Shown here in pieces: positions 28,181 through 38,173 of a stretch of DNA of 55,727 bases; position 1 is the stretch's first letter; every line of letters starts with the position of its first letter. The stretch is from NCBI GenBank assembly GCA_019058015.1, contig JAHLWH010000212.1, forward strand, positions 1 to 55,727. Reading direction: 5' to 3'. The position numbers and the translations under genes are program-made. This stretch comes from Promethearchaeota archaeon. GTDB taxonomy: Archaea; Asgardarchaeota; Lokiarchaeia; Sigyniarchaeales; SOKP01. The notes below the pieces were generated by a model that did no database searches, was not told where the DNA came from, and was given only the letters and a program-made list of their open reading frames with translations.

Positions 28181-28478
28181 TGTGCTAATGTATATAATTC
28201 AAAATTATAAATTTAAATATTTTGTAAAAATTAGGTTACAATTACCTACTAAATTCCAATTTTGAGCAAAAAAAAAAAATCCACTTGGATCCCAAAATCT
28301 AAGTATATTAATTTCTCTTCCGAAAATATGTATTATTCTTTAATATTCTCCCTTAACTTTAAATCCCAATCCGTATTTTGCCTTATTTCTTATGTTATAT
28401 CAATTTAGATTATATACTAGTTATATTAATTTTTCGAAAACTTAATGCTAAAACGAGTGTAATTCTTCAATAAAAAAT

Positions 28479-29021
28479 TTAGAGATGAATCATTTCTTTT
28501 TTGTTTGTATCTGCCAGTAAAATTTTAGTCATCTGTTCTATTGCAATTTCAACATTTTCACCTGATTTTGAGCTTAACTCAATAAATGAAAATAAACCAA
28601 ATTGCTTTGCAGCCTTTAGACCTTCTTTTGTGCTAACACTTCTATATTTTTTTAAATCTAGCTTTGATCCAATTAACATTATAGGAATATGTCCCTCTTG
28701 CTGTCTTACAACATCTAGCCATTCTTGAAGGTGTAAAAATGAAATTGAATTTGTAATATCATACATTAAAAAAACACCATTATCTCCTTCAATATACCCT
28801 GGTAATAAAAATCGAAACCTTTTTTCCCCGGCAAAATCCCAAATTTGTAGTTTTATTGAATCTCCTTTATATCTCACAAGTTTGGAATGGAGCATGGTTC
28901 CAATTGAACTTTTAAGGTTTTGTAAAAAATCTCCTGTTATAAATCTATATGTTAGAGTAGTTTTTCCAACGGAGGCATCTCCCAAAATAGCAACCTTAAA
29001 AATATATTTATATTCCGTCAT
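28479..29021 (-). CDS. Rab-like small GTPase
   Basis: GDASVGKT, KLQIWDFAGEKRFRFL, SKLD, SSK. Confidence 0.9.
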   Translation of the reverse strand: MTEYKYIFKVAILGDASVGKTTLTYRFITGDFLQNLKSSIGTMLHSKLVRYKGDSIKLQIWDFAGEKRFRFLLPGYIEGDNGVFLMYDITNSISFLHLQEWLDVVRQQEGHIPIMLIGSKLDLKKYRSVSTKEGLKAAKQFGLFSFIELSSKSGENVEIAIEQMTKILLADTNKKEMIHL

Positions 29022-29187
29022 AAACCTACTCTCAAACCCTTTTTAAAAATCTAGCAATTAATAATGCTATTGATAATAGATTTTTAGAAATTCAATATTT
29101 TGGTATTTAGTAAAAAAAAATAAGTAAATTACATTAATAATTTTTCACTCAACAAATATCAATTAAAAATCATTTTACTTTTTATTT

Positions 29188-30327
29188 TTATATCTTATTC
29201 CAAAATTCACTAGGTGTTATAGATTTATTAATTTTAGAAAATGGGCATACTGCGATGCAATTTCCGCAATCGCCGCTATTTTCTACCCAAAATTCAAAAC
29301 ATTTTTCGACATTTACGTAATATTTCCTAATACCTGGATTGTTTGATGGTGATTCTCCTTTAAAGCTCGGCTCTCTATCCTTAGTTATTGCACCATTTTC
29401 ACAAGCATCAGCACATTTATAACAATTCCTACAAGTTTTATCAACTATTTCAATAAATTTAGAGTTATGTTTATCAGATTTTAATGGTAGATCTGTAAAA
29501 ACTTTACAAATTCTAACCCTTGGACCATATTCAGGAGTGATTAGTAACCCTGATCTTCCTAAAGCGCCTAAACCCGCATCGATTGCTAGAGGAATGCTTA
29601 AAGCTGTATCATTTCCACATTGAATCGCCCTATACCCAAGATTTCTAATAAATTCGCCAACACATGCTATTGAAAATGCCATTTTAGAATACGCAATAGC
29701 AGTTGATGCCGAGGATGTCTGTGCAGGTGCAGTTGCTATACCATCTGAGTTCATTTCTATTGCTATTACAATAGCTTTATTAATTCCTTTCGGTAAGGAA
29801 ATGGGTTGTTTAGAAAAAGTATCATCTTTCTTAGTAGATTTAAATCGGTTTTTTTCCAAGACGATTTTTGATAATGCTTTCACTTTTAAACCAGTGTTAT
29901 AAATCCATTTTTCATCAATATCTGTAATTCCTACCAATGTTGCTCCATAAAACTTTGAAACTTTTTTAATTTTTTGAGTAAATTCATTAGGATTTTCAAT
30001 AATATATTTGGATTTTGTCCAATTTGTACCATATTCATCTATTGTATGAATTTTCTCCCCTTCCCATGCAAATGCAAATGGAAATTTCTCATAGATTGTC
30101 CATCCAGCTTTCACAAAAGCGAAATCAAAGCGTGTATATCCTTCTTTCTTAGATTTAATGTGATTTTCAATGTTAGTAAAAAACATTTGTCTGTAAGTTG
30201 GTAAAGTTTTGTCCCAGAAAGGCCTATAGATCATATGATTTTTTGCATCAAAACGTTGATATATACTATTATCAATTTCATAATATTGACTTATTGTACT
30301 TTTATTACTAGTCTTGTTTGCGTTCAT
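29188..30327 (-). CDS. Reductive dehalogenase-family (cobalamin/Fe-S) protein
   Basis: YGATLVGI, FIRNLGYRAI, AIDAGLGALGRSGLLITPEYGPRVRI, TDLPL, CRNCYKCADAC, C-x10-CGNCIAVCPF; no TAT signal. Confidence 0.85.
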   Translation of the reverse strand: MNANKTSNKSTISQYYEIDNSIYQRFDAKNHMIYRPFWDKTLPTYRQMFFTNIENHIKSKKEGYTRFDFAFVKAGWTIYEKFPFAFAWEGEKIHTIDEYGTNWTKSKYIIENPNEFTQKIKKVSKFYGATLVGITDIDEKWIYNTGLKVKALSKIVLEKNRFKSTKKDDTFSKQPISLPKGINKAIVIAIEMNSDGIATAPAQTSSASTAIAYSKMAFSIACVGEFIRNLGYRAIQCGNDTALSIPLAIDAGLGALGRSGLLITPEYGPRVRICKVFTDLPLKSDKHNSKFIEIVDKTCRNCYKCADACENGAITKDREPSFKGESPSNNPGIRKYYVNVEKCFEFWVENSGDCGNCIAVCPFSKINKSITPSEFWNKI

Positions 30328-30495
30328 TAATAATAATTACACACAATAAAAAATAAAAGGTTTTGAAATAGATCCAAATTTTATTACAAAGAATCTTAAA
30401 AGATAATGTAAATTAATTAAAAAATTAGTTTGAAAAAATGTTCTAAATATCAACTAATATAAATATATTTAAAATTTAAAATAATAGGAATTAAT

Positions 30496-31806
30496 TTGAT
30501 AAAAACAGTAGATTGGTCAAAACATTTTTCAATGGATTTGAAGAAAGTTGAAAATATACAAACAAATTTCGGAGTAAAGAAAATTTATGCTATGGGACTG
30601 ATGCCAGTTAGAGGTCCAAAAGGGTTTAGAAAATTAGATTATCAATTTGCTCAAAATAGTCTTAATGTAAATGAGGTAATGGAAAAATTAGAAGAGTGTT
30701 ATATTAAAATTTTTGGCTTAGTTATTAAAGATACTGATGGCGCATGTACTTGGAACACAAATATTGGATGGAATCCTACTGATCGAGACATCTTAGGAGA
30801 ATTTTGTGATGCTGGAAATGATAGAAATATTACATTAATGGTCTCATTCACATCAATGAATGATGCTTATCAAGGGTATTTGCATCCTGAAAGAGTTAGT
30901 GTTCACGGCAAAAGTGGAAAAGAGCACGGGAGAGAATATAAAAAAGGAGAAATATCAACACATAATGAAGGTGAAATGAGAGTGGATTTACCAGAGGGAG
31001 TTTCTTTTGAGGAATATCAGAAAAAAATTCCATTCTTAACAAATAAAATAGATGAAAAGCTTGGTGCTTCTAGAGCCACTCGTGGTCAAGGTTATATCCC
31101 CTTAACTAGTTTCATGTGTCCAAATAGTGAGCATATTGATTATCTTTTAGAGCTAACGAAAGAAATAGTAAAGAATTATCATATTAAAGCTTTTTTTGCA
31201 GATTATATCAGATATGATGGAGCATTTATTGATTTATGTGCTTGTGATCGGTGTGTTAAATTATTTCATGAAAAATACGGAGAGAAAGCAAAAATTATTA
31301 ATAGTGAGGAATGGTATGATTTTAAAGCTGATACTATTGCAGAATATGCTCAGAAATTACAAGATACGATAAAATCTGTTAATCAAGATTGTATCACAGG
31401 ATGGTTTTGTCTTCCTGGACCAAAAAAGCTATTTTCAAGAAAAAGGCTGGGTCAAAATTGGAAGAAATTATCTACGATTTTGGATTTTGTCTCACCCATG
31501 GAATACCCCTATTTAATGGGAACTAGAGATGATGGATGGTTTTGGGGTAAAGTGGGTGATTTCTTCTATTGGTATTTTATTAGAAATATGAAAAAGCGAG
31601 CTCACGAATTTGGTAATACTCCTGTATTATCAATCACCAATTCCGTAGAATGTAATACTGAAGAGATGTTAAAACAAATGAAAGGATTTGATTTTGGCTT
31701 AGGCATCGCTCTCTTTAAATATTATGGAACAAGTGAAAGCCAATGGAGTGCAATAAAAAAGTATGCGGAGGATGAATTAGGATTGAATAAAGATAATCCA
31801 ATTTAA
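30496..31806 (+). CDS. Putative glycoside hydrolase-like TIM-barrel protein
   Basis: KDTDGACTW...RDILGEFCDAG (fucosidase/GHL6-like), MCPNS, DYIRY (GHL10/DUF187-like), CACDRC, SPMEY. Confidence 0.55.
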   Translation: MIKTVDWSKHFSMDLKKVENIQTNFGVKKIYAMGLMPVRGPKGFRKLDYQFAQNSLNVNEVMEKLEECYIKIFGLVIKDTDGACTWNTNIGWNPTDRDILGEFCDAGNDRNITLMVSFTSMNDAYQGYLHPERVSVHGKSGKEHGREYKKGEISTHNEGEMRVDLPEGVSFEEYQKKIPFLTNKIDEKLGASRATRGQGYIPLTSFMCPNSEHIDYLLELTKEIVKNYHIKAFFADYIRYDGAFIDLCACDRCVKLFHEKYGEKAKIINSEEWYDFKADTIAEYAQKLQDTIKSVNQDCITGWFCLPGPKKLFSRKRLGQNWKKLSTILDFVSPMEYPYLMGTRDDGWFWGKVGDFFYWYFIRNMKKRAHEFGNTPVLSITNSVECNTEEMLKQMKGFDFGLGIALFKYYGTSESQWSAIKKYAEDELGLNKDNPI

Positions 31807-31943
31807 AAATAATAGAAAGGTTCAGATAAACAAGGAAGGTAAATAAAGTTTTATTGTTTAAAATTCGTATCAATATGATTAAATTTTTATAAAATCGATT
31901 AAATGAAATAAATTAAAATACGTTTTTATAAGGTAAATAAATT

Positions 31944-32237
31944 ATGAGTTATGAAGAAGAAAGAGATGAAACCTTCATTGACAAATTAAATAAATCATTC
32001 CTTGATTTTGTTGGGAGTGTTTTTGGTGATTCTGGAAAAGATTTTGTAAAAGAAACACAAGAGAAAGTTGAAGACTTATCTAGTAAATCGATTAAGAAGT
32101 TTATGGAATTCACCGATTCAGTTTTAGAGTCCTTGAACTTGAAAGATAACGAACAAGTTATGAAAACGAAAGAAACTGTTGAGGATATGTTGAAACAAGC
32201 AGGTTTGTTAAAGGAGGAAGAAGAGGAGGAATTTTAA
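31944..32237 (+). CDS. Small acidic helical hypothetical protein
   Basis: ATG-started ORF with a poly-Glu tail and amphipathic helices. Confidence 0.65.
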   Translation: MSYEEERDETFIDKLNKSFLDFVGSVFGDSGKDFVKETQEKVEDLSSKSIKKFMEFTDSVLESLNLKDNEQVMKTKETVEDMLKQAGLLKEEEEEEF

Positions 32238-32278
32238 CTTTATATATTTTAAATAATTTGAATACTAAATCATATTTT

Positions 32279-32575
32279 TCATAATATTTTTTCTTTCTTT
32301 AAAAGTGATTTAATCTCTTTTACTGAGGCATTAAACAATTCACTAATAACTGTTAAACTCATATCCATTGACATCCCCATTGCAATGTAATCTTTATAGA
32401 GTTGAATCCATGTAGTTCTATTCTCATGGTATTCTTTTGGATGCTTTTTTTGTAGATGTTTCCAATATGGTTTTTTTAACATTTTCCCACATATTGGGCA
32501 TTCTCTGGTCTCTTCAGTGATATCTAATGGTTTTTCTTTTGTCTTTTTTTCTTGATTTTGTGGCATAAATATCAC
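32279..32575 (-). CDS. C2H2-type zinc-finger protein
   Basis: CPICGKMLKKPYWKHLQKKH (C-x2-C-x10-H-x4-H) followed by a short helical C-terminus. Confidence 0.65.
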   Translation of the reverse strand: MIFMPQNQEKKTKEKPLDITEETRECPICGKMLKKPYWKHLQKKHPKEYHENRTTWIQLYKDYIAMGMSMDMSLTVISELFNASVKEIKSLLKKEKIL

Positions 32576-32692
32576 ATTAGTTTCTAAAATTGAAATATCT
32601 TAAATTTATATGAATTTATTATTTTATAATAAGTTTTTATTTACCTTTACCTAAATTTTAAAGGAAATATAAATTTTATGAGATTTCTTATG

Positions 32693-33193
32693 CTATAAAA
32701 GATCTTTAAGATTGCTAGTTTTGCAGTATTTTTCCAAATTTCTCAACAAGCCAGTTATTTTTGATCTCAGAATAAATTCCGAAGCGCCTTTACCAATAAG
32801 GTTAAGAAAATCACTACTTAATTCAAGATTTTGAATGAATACTCCAACTTTTGCAATATTTGTAGAGATCTGTTTAATTCTTAAGCGCCCTTCTAATCTT
32901 TTTACATCTTTATTATTTCGAACGTTAAATTCAATTAATCGCCCTTTCTGTGCTATTTCTCCCTTATCTAATAAAATCATTTCTCCGGTCATCTCTATTG
33001 GAATATTTAAAAGTTTTAATTTAACTTCGTCAATAATCTCACTCCGAAATACATTGGGGGAAATGAACTCTACTTCAATTTTAGTAACAGGACTCACAAT
33101 TTCCCAAAATTTTTCTTTATAAATTGCTGCTATAAGTGTATCTCCATTACAGTTATTTATTTCTACTACTTTTGTAATTATATTTGCAGTCAA
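32693..33193 (-). CDS. Hypothetical protein (possible SRPBCC/START-like fold)
   Basis: Strand-helix-multi-strand-C-terminal helix pattern; no diagnostic motif. Confidence 0.5.
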   Translation of the reverse strand: MTANIITKVVEINNCNGDTLIAAIYKEKFWEIVSPVTKIEVEFISPNVFRSEIIDEVKLKLLNIPIEMTGEMILLDKGEIAQKGRLIEFNVRNNKDVKRLEGRLRIKQISTNIAKVGVFIQNLELSSDFLNLIGKGASEFILRSKITGLLRNLEKYCKTSNLKDLL

Positions 33194-33241
33194 AGATTGT
33201 TCTAACTCTTTTAATTTTTTTTTTTAAAATTTTAAAAAGTT

Positions 33242-33931
33242 TTAATTATTTATAGTTTTTCTCCTTCTTTTTTTTACATAAGTTGCAAACAAAGAATCGA
33301 AGTGTTTTTTAAATCTTTGACAATCTTCTTCTGAAATTAAAATAGGGTCTCCTATTTGGAGTGCGCCCCAATAAATTCTTGCTAATTTTTCAACCAATTC
33401 TGCTAATTTAATAACATGTCCCATAGATCTTGCACATACTAAAACTCCATGATTGGCTAATAATACGCCATTTTTTATACCCATAACTTCAAGTGCTTTT
33501 TCTCCAATTTCTTCAGTATGTGCCTTACCAAATTCCGCTATATCAACAGATCCACCTAAAAATACAACTTGTTCTTCCATAATTAATGGTATTTTTTTTC
33601 TTACTACGGAAAGCATCGTTGCAAAGGGTGAATGAGTGTGTATTACACAATTAGCTTTTGGACGCGCTATATATATTGCTACATGAAGACGATATTCTGT
33701 AGAGGGCAGTTTTCCTGAACTTAAAGGTGTGCCATCAAATTTCATCCGAACAATTTCATCTTTCACTAAGGATGTATACTGATTAAATGATGGTGTGATG
33801 AAGAGTTCATCCTTTTTTGGAATTCGAATACTTACATTACCTTCTCCTGCTTCCACTAAGCCTTTGGCAAAGATTGCTTTCGCTCCATTTACAACTTCTA
33901 TTCTAAGTTGGTCTTCTTTATCATCTTCCAT
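33242..33931 (-). CDS. Class II aldolase (L-fuculose-phosphate aldolase-like)
   Basis: GNVSIR, ITPS, PSTEYRLH, HTHSP, LLANHG. Confidence 0.9.
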   Translation of the reverse strand: MEDDKEDQLRIEVVNGAKAIFAKGLVEAGEGNVSIRIPKKDELFITPSFNQYTSLVKDEIVRMKFDGTPLSSGKLPSTEYRLHVAIYIARPKANCVIHTHSPFATMLSVVRKKIPLIMEEQVVFLGGSVDIAEFGKAHTEEIGEKALEVMGIKNGVLLANHGVLVCARSMGHVIKLAELVEKLARIYWGALQIGDPILISEEDCQRFKKHFDSLFATYVKKRRRKTINN

Positions 33932-33986
33932 AATTTTCCATAAATATTTGAAAAATTATAAAAATTTCGATATTTAATTATAATTT

Positions 33987-35477
33987 ATGACAAAACCAAT
34001 GAAGAAATATATTGGAATAGATCTAGGTGCAAGTTCGGGAAGAGCAATAGTGGGGATTCTTGAAAGCAGACTCTTAAAATTGGATGAAGTATACCGTTTC
34101 TCCAATGGGGGTATTCAAATATTTGATTCATTATATTGGGATACTTTAAGACTCTTCGAAGAAATAAAAAATGGTTTGAAGATGTGTGTAGAAAAGTATG
34201 GACCCAATTTTGATGGAATTGGAATCGATAGTTGGGGAGTTGATTTTGTTCTTTTAGATGAAAATTATGAGCTTGTAGGGCTCAATCATCATTATCGAGA
34301 TAAGCGAACTGATGGAATGGTTGATGAAATGTTTAACGTCGTTCGAAAAGAAGAAATCTTTAATCAAACTGGAATTCAATTCATGCCAATTAATAGCTCT
34401 ACTCAATTATTTTCTATGGTAAAATCCAAATCCCCACAACTTACTGTTACAAAAAAATTCTTAATGATTGCAGATTATTTTAACTTCTTACTATCAGGAA
34501 AAATTAGTTCGGAATATACATTAGCAACAACATCGCAGTTATATAATCCAATTAAGAATGAATGGGCGTTTGATTTAATAAAAAAGTTAGGATTCAATCC
34601 TAAATGGTTTCCCGGTATTATAAACCCTGGAACTATTCTTGGAAAAATATATAACTCTATAACAAATAAAACTGGTTTAGATGAAAATACACCCGTTATT
34701 GCAACTCTCTGTCATGATACTGCTGCGGCAATTGCAGCAGTCCCACTTGAAGAAGATGTTAAGAATTGGGCTTATATCAGCTCGGGTACTTGGAGTTTGA
34801 TGGGGTTAGAATTATCTCAACCTATAATAAATCAAAAAGCCCTTAAATATAATTTCACTAATGAAGGAGGGGTTTTTGGAACAATTCGCTTTCTTAAAAA
34901 TATTATGGGATTATGGTTAATTCAAGAATGCAAACGAATATGGGAAGAACAAAATAGAACAAAAATTTCTTATGATGAAATTGAAAAATTAGCGCAAAGA
35001 GCAAAACCACATACTAGTTTTATTTTTCCAGATAATAAAATGTTTTTAAGCCCAAATAATATGATTAAAACAATCCAAAATTACTGTAAAGGAACAGATC
35101 AAGATGTTCCCACGGGGATAGGTTCTATTTCTAGAATAATTTTTGAGGGATTAGCTTTTAGATATCGTCAAATTCTCGACCAATTACAAGAATTTTCAGA
35201 TAAAAAGATCGAAAAAATTTATATTATTGGTGGGGGTTCACAAAATGAACTTCTATGTCAATTTGCATCCAATGCTACTAATCTTCTTGTAGATGCTGGA
35301 CCAAGTGAAGCTACAACTATTGGAAATATTTTAATGCAAGCTGTAGCAACAGGTCAAATAGAATCACTTCAGCAATTACGCTATATTGTTAGGAATTCAT
35401 TCGAAATAAAATCATTTAACCCAAAAAATAATTCAAAATGGGAAAAAGCTTATAAATTGTATTTAAAATATCAATAA
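33987..35477 (+). CDS. rhaB: Rhamnulokinase/L-fuculokinase-like FGGY kinase
   Basis: IDLGASSGR, GIDSWGVDF, HDTA, SSGTWSL, FTNEGG, LKNIMGLWLIQEC, GGGSQN. Confidence 0.85.
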   Translation: MTKPMKKYIGIDLGASSGRAIVGILESRLLKLDEVYRFSNGGIQIFDSLYWDTLRLFEEIKNGLKMCVEKYGPNFDGIGIDSWGVDFVLLDENYELVGLNHHYRDKRTDGMVDEMFNVVRKEEIFNQTGIQFMPINSSTQLFSMVKSKSPQLTVTKKFLMIADYFNFLLSGKISSEYTLATTSQLYNPIKNEWAFDLIKKLGFNPKWFPGIINPGTILGKIYNSITNKTGLDENTPVIATLCHDTAAAIAAVPLEEDVKNWAYISSGTWSLMGLELSQPIINQKALKYNFTNEGGVFGTIRFLKNIMGLWLIQECKRIWEEQNRTKISYDEIEKLAQRAKPHTSFIFPDNKMFLSPNNMIKTIQNYCKGTDQDVPTGIGSISRIIFEGLAFRYRQILDQLQEFSDKKIEKIYIIGGGSQNELLCQFASNATNLLVDAGPSEATTIGNILMQAVATGQIESLQQLRYIVRNSFEIKSFNPKNNSKWEKAYKLYLKYQ

Positions 35478-35551
35478 ATACAAAAAGATAAGCCGATTAA
35501 TTAACCTCAAATACATAAATATTAAAAAAGAAAATAATATATAATATTTGA

Positions 35552-35989
35552 ATGGATAAGAAAAGAATCGTAAGATATAGAGAAAAATTAGAACAAATAG
35601 ACGAATTCTTAAATTATCTTAAGGAATGGACTAGAGATATTAAAGAAAAAGATTTTATAAACAAATTGAATATAAGAAATCAATTGTCCATATATCATGC
35701 TTATCAAATTATAATAGAAGCAATTTCAGATTTAGCAGCAATGATCATAAAAGATTTAAATCTAATCCCCAAAGATGATTATACGAATATTAATCTTTTA
35801 GTTAAGAAACAAATTATTTCTAAAGAAATATCACTTGTTATAAAAGAAGCAACTGGCCTACGAAATAAAATTGTGCATAAATATAATCGCCTTGTTGATG
35901 AAATTGCATATAAGGGAATTTTGTCTCACATAAATGGTTTAGAGAAATATAAAGAGGTTGTTAAGAATTGGTATCAAAAGAACTTTTAA
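35552..35989 (+). CDS. HEPN/DUF86 (HepT-like) RNase toxin
   Basis: RNKIVHKY (R-x4-H followed by xY); PKDDYTNI. Confidence 0.9.
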   Translation: MDKKRIVRYREKLEQIDEFLNYLKEWTRDIKEKDFINKLNIRNQLSIYHAYQIIIEAISDLAAMIIKDLNLIPKDDYTNINLLVKKQIISKEISLVIKEATGLRNKIVHKYNRLVDEIAYKGILSHINGLEKYKEVVKNWYQKNF

Positions 35990-36363
35990 ACCAAATAATT
36001 AATGATTTTTCATTTTCATTTACAAATAAAGAGATATTAGGGATATTATTATTCGGATCTTATATATATAATTGGGAGACAAATAGAAGTGATATCGATA
36101 TTTGTATTGTTGCTCCAAATAAAGAAAATTACGAACTATTATCAGTATTCTTAAGAAATATAGACGTTGTTTCGAAAAAATATGACATTCGATTTTTCTC
36201 TGAATTACCATTATATATTAAAATTCAAGTTATCAAAGATGGAATTTTAATTTATTCACCAGACAAATTAGATTTATATGAATATTTTTATTTCTATCGT
36301 AAATTATGGGCAGATCAAAAACACCGACAAGAAATATCTAAAGAAGAATTATTATTGATGTAA
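35968..36363 (+). CDS. Minimal nucleotidyltransferase (MntA-like) antitoxin
   Basis: GS-x10-DID (FGSYIYNWETNRSDID); overlaps the HEPN gene by 22 nt. Confidence 0.9.
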   Translation: MVSKELLNQIINDFSFSFTNKEILGILLFGSYIYNWETNRSDIDICIVAPNKENYELLSVFLRNIDVVSKKYDIRFFSELPLYIKIQVIKDGILIYSPDKLDLYEYFYFYRKLWADQKHRQEISKEELLLM

Positions 36364-36374
36364 TTAACCGATAA

Positions 36375-36908
36375 TTAACCCCATTTTCTTTTTAATTCTT
36401 TACCTGTAACTTTTCTTACAAGATCAACAGCTTTAACAACGTATTTATAGCAAGTCTTTCCCCAAATATCATTATCTAAATATTTTTGGAGTCCGGAAGG
36501 ATCACTAAAATCTATTCCACAAAGATCTTCGCAAATTACAGAGCCAAACTCTTTCTCAAAGTAATGAACGAATTTAGCCGTTCTTAAATATATTCTTGGT
36601 TTAGCTCCAAATTTTAACTCTTGTTGCCCTCCCATTATTATTCCGATTGCAGCACAACCACCACAGATGGCTCCACAAGGCCCTTTCCACCCATGCATGC
36701 TCTTAAAACCCCCAAAACCTCCAGCAAGAGGAATTGCCAGATTATTAAAAAAAACACTTTCTAATCCTAATACATCCAAAATACTTATAAAAGTCCAAGC
36801 AGAACAGTTTTTATTTTGCTCCCCTTTTGGTAATAGTTTATTTAATTCTTCTATTTTTTCATCAAAACATTTATCTAAGTCAACTTGATCTGAATTTTTT
36901 GCAATCAT
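36375..36908 (-). CDS. C-GCAxxG-C-C family putative redox protein
   Basis: NCS, GGFGG, GPCGAICG, FGSVICEDLCG, C-terminal TC. Confidence 0.85.
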   Translation of the reverse strand: MIAKNSDQVDLDKCFDEKIEELNKLLPKGEQNKNCSAWTFISILDVLGLESVFFNNLAIPLAGGFGGFKSMHGWKGPCGAICGGCAAIGIIMGGQQELKFGAKPRIYLRTAKFVHYFEKEFGSVICEDLCGIDFSDPSGLQKYLDNDIWGKTCYKYVVKAVDLVRKVTGKELKRKWG

Positions 36909-37027
36909 AATAATTATTATTCAATTTAATTCTATAAAAAATTGAAGAAAAGTAGTAAAATTAAAAGTAAAGTTATTTCTATTTAGATTAAAATATTCTG
37001 TATAAATAAAAAATTTATAGATTTATT

Positions 37028-38068
37028 ATGAAAGTTGCAAAATATTATAATAATGATGATGTTAGATTAGAAGAAATGCCTAAACCTCAGATCAATTATG
37101 GAGAACTATTAATAAAAGTAAAAAAATCTGGAATTTGCGGGAGTGATATTTTGGAATATTATCGTTTTACTAAAATGAAAAAATTAGGAGTAGATAGTCT
37201 CGTTCTAGGTCATGAGATGACGGGTGATATTGTTAAAATAGGTGAAGGTGTTTCGGATTATAAATTAGGGGATCGAGTTTTTGTGTCCCATCACGTACCG
37301 GATTTCGTTTGCCATTACTGTCAACTTGGGCATCATACCGCTTGTCATTTATTACATAATACTAATTATGATCCTGGGGGTTTTGCAGAATATATTAGAA
37401 TTCCAAATATCAATTTAAAAAAAAAAGGGGTTTATGTTTTATCAGAGAATATGACGTATGATGAGGGAGTTTTTATTGAGCCATTAGGATGCGTATGTCG
37501 AGCTCAGCGTTTAGCAAATATTAAAAAAAGGCAAACGCTCTTAATTTTAGGTTGTGGAGTCTCTGGACTATTGCATCTTAAGTTAGCAAAGGCAAAAGGT
37601 GTTGAAAAAATAATTACAACTGATATTAGTGAATATCGATTAAAAAAGGCAAAAAAATTTGGAGCAGAAGTAGTTCTTCATGCAAGTAAAAATATACTCG
37701 CAGAGGTAAAAAAATTTAACGAAAACAGGCCTCCTGATTGTATAATTGTATGTACAGGTGCATTATCTGCTGCAAAACAGGCAATAGAATGTGCAGGTCC
37801 TGGAACGGTTATTATTTATTTTGCAGTCCCAAAACCCGGTATAAATATAGAAATCCCCATAAATGATTACTGGAGGAATGAGGTTGTTATCATGACTTCT
37901 TATGGCGCTGCTCCTGAAGATCTTGATGAAGCATTTGAATGGATTAAATCTAAAAAAATAAAGGTAGTAGATTTAATTTCCCACCGATTTCCACTAAGTA
38001 GAGCTGGAGATGCTTTTAAAGTAGTCTGTGAAGCGAATGAATCTTTAAAGGTCATTTTCGAACCGTAA
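37028..38068 (+). CDS. Zn-dependent polyol/alcohol dehydrogenase (L-iditol dehydrogenase-like)
   Basis: GICGSD, LGHE, D-x2-C-x2-C-x7-C, GGFAEY, EPL, GCGVSG. Confidence 0.9.
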   Translation: MKVAKYYNNDDVRLEEMPKPQINYGELLIKVKKSGICGSDILEYYRFTKMKKLGVDSLVLGHEMTGDIVKIGEGVSDYKLGDRVFVSHHVPDFVCHYCQLGHHTACHLLHNTNYDPGGFAEYIRIPNINLKKKGVYVLSENMTYDEGVFIEPLGCVCRAQRLANIKKRQTLLILGCGVSGLLHLKLAKAKGVEKIITTDISEYRLKKAKKFGAEVVLHASKNILAEVKKFNENRPPDCIIVCTGALSAAKQAIECAGPGTVIIYFAVPKPGINIEIPINDYWRNEVVIMTSYGAAPEDLDEAFEWIKSKKIKVVDLISHRFPLSRAGDAFKVVCEANESLKVIFEP

Positions 38069-38173
38069 CAATGTCAATAATAATTAAACTTAAATATTTG
38101 TAAATTTTGTAACTTTTAATATGAATTGAATATTATTTTTATGATAAATCTAATTTTTTTTAAAAATTAACTA

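Noticed and set aside
28230-28400. Minus-strand stretch reading ...GREINILRFWDPSG, resembling a GTPase G3 region
   Set aside because: Only a short match, interrupted by stops, with no G1 or G4 motif; cannot be supported by eye.
37028-38068. Asp replacing the first structural-zinc Cys in the dehydrogenase
   Set aside because: Acidic ligands at this site are already known in archaeal medium-chain dehydrogenases.
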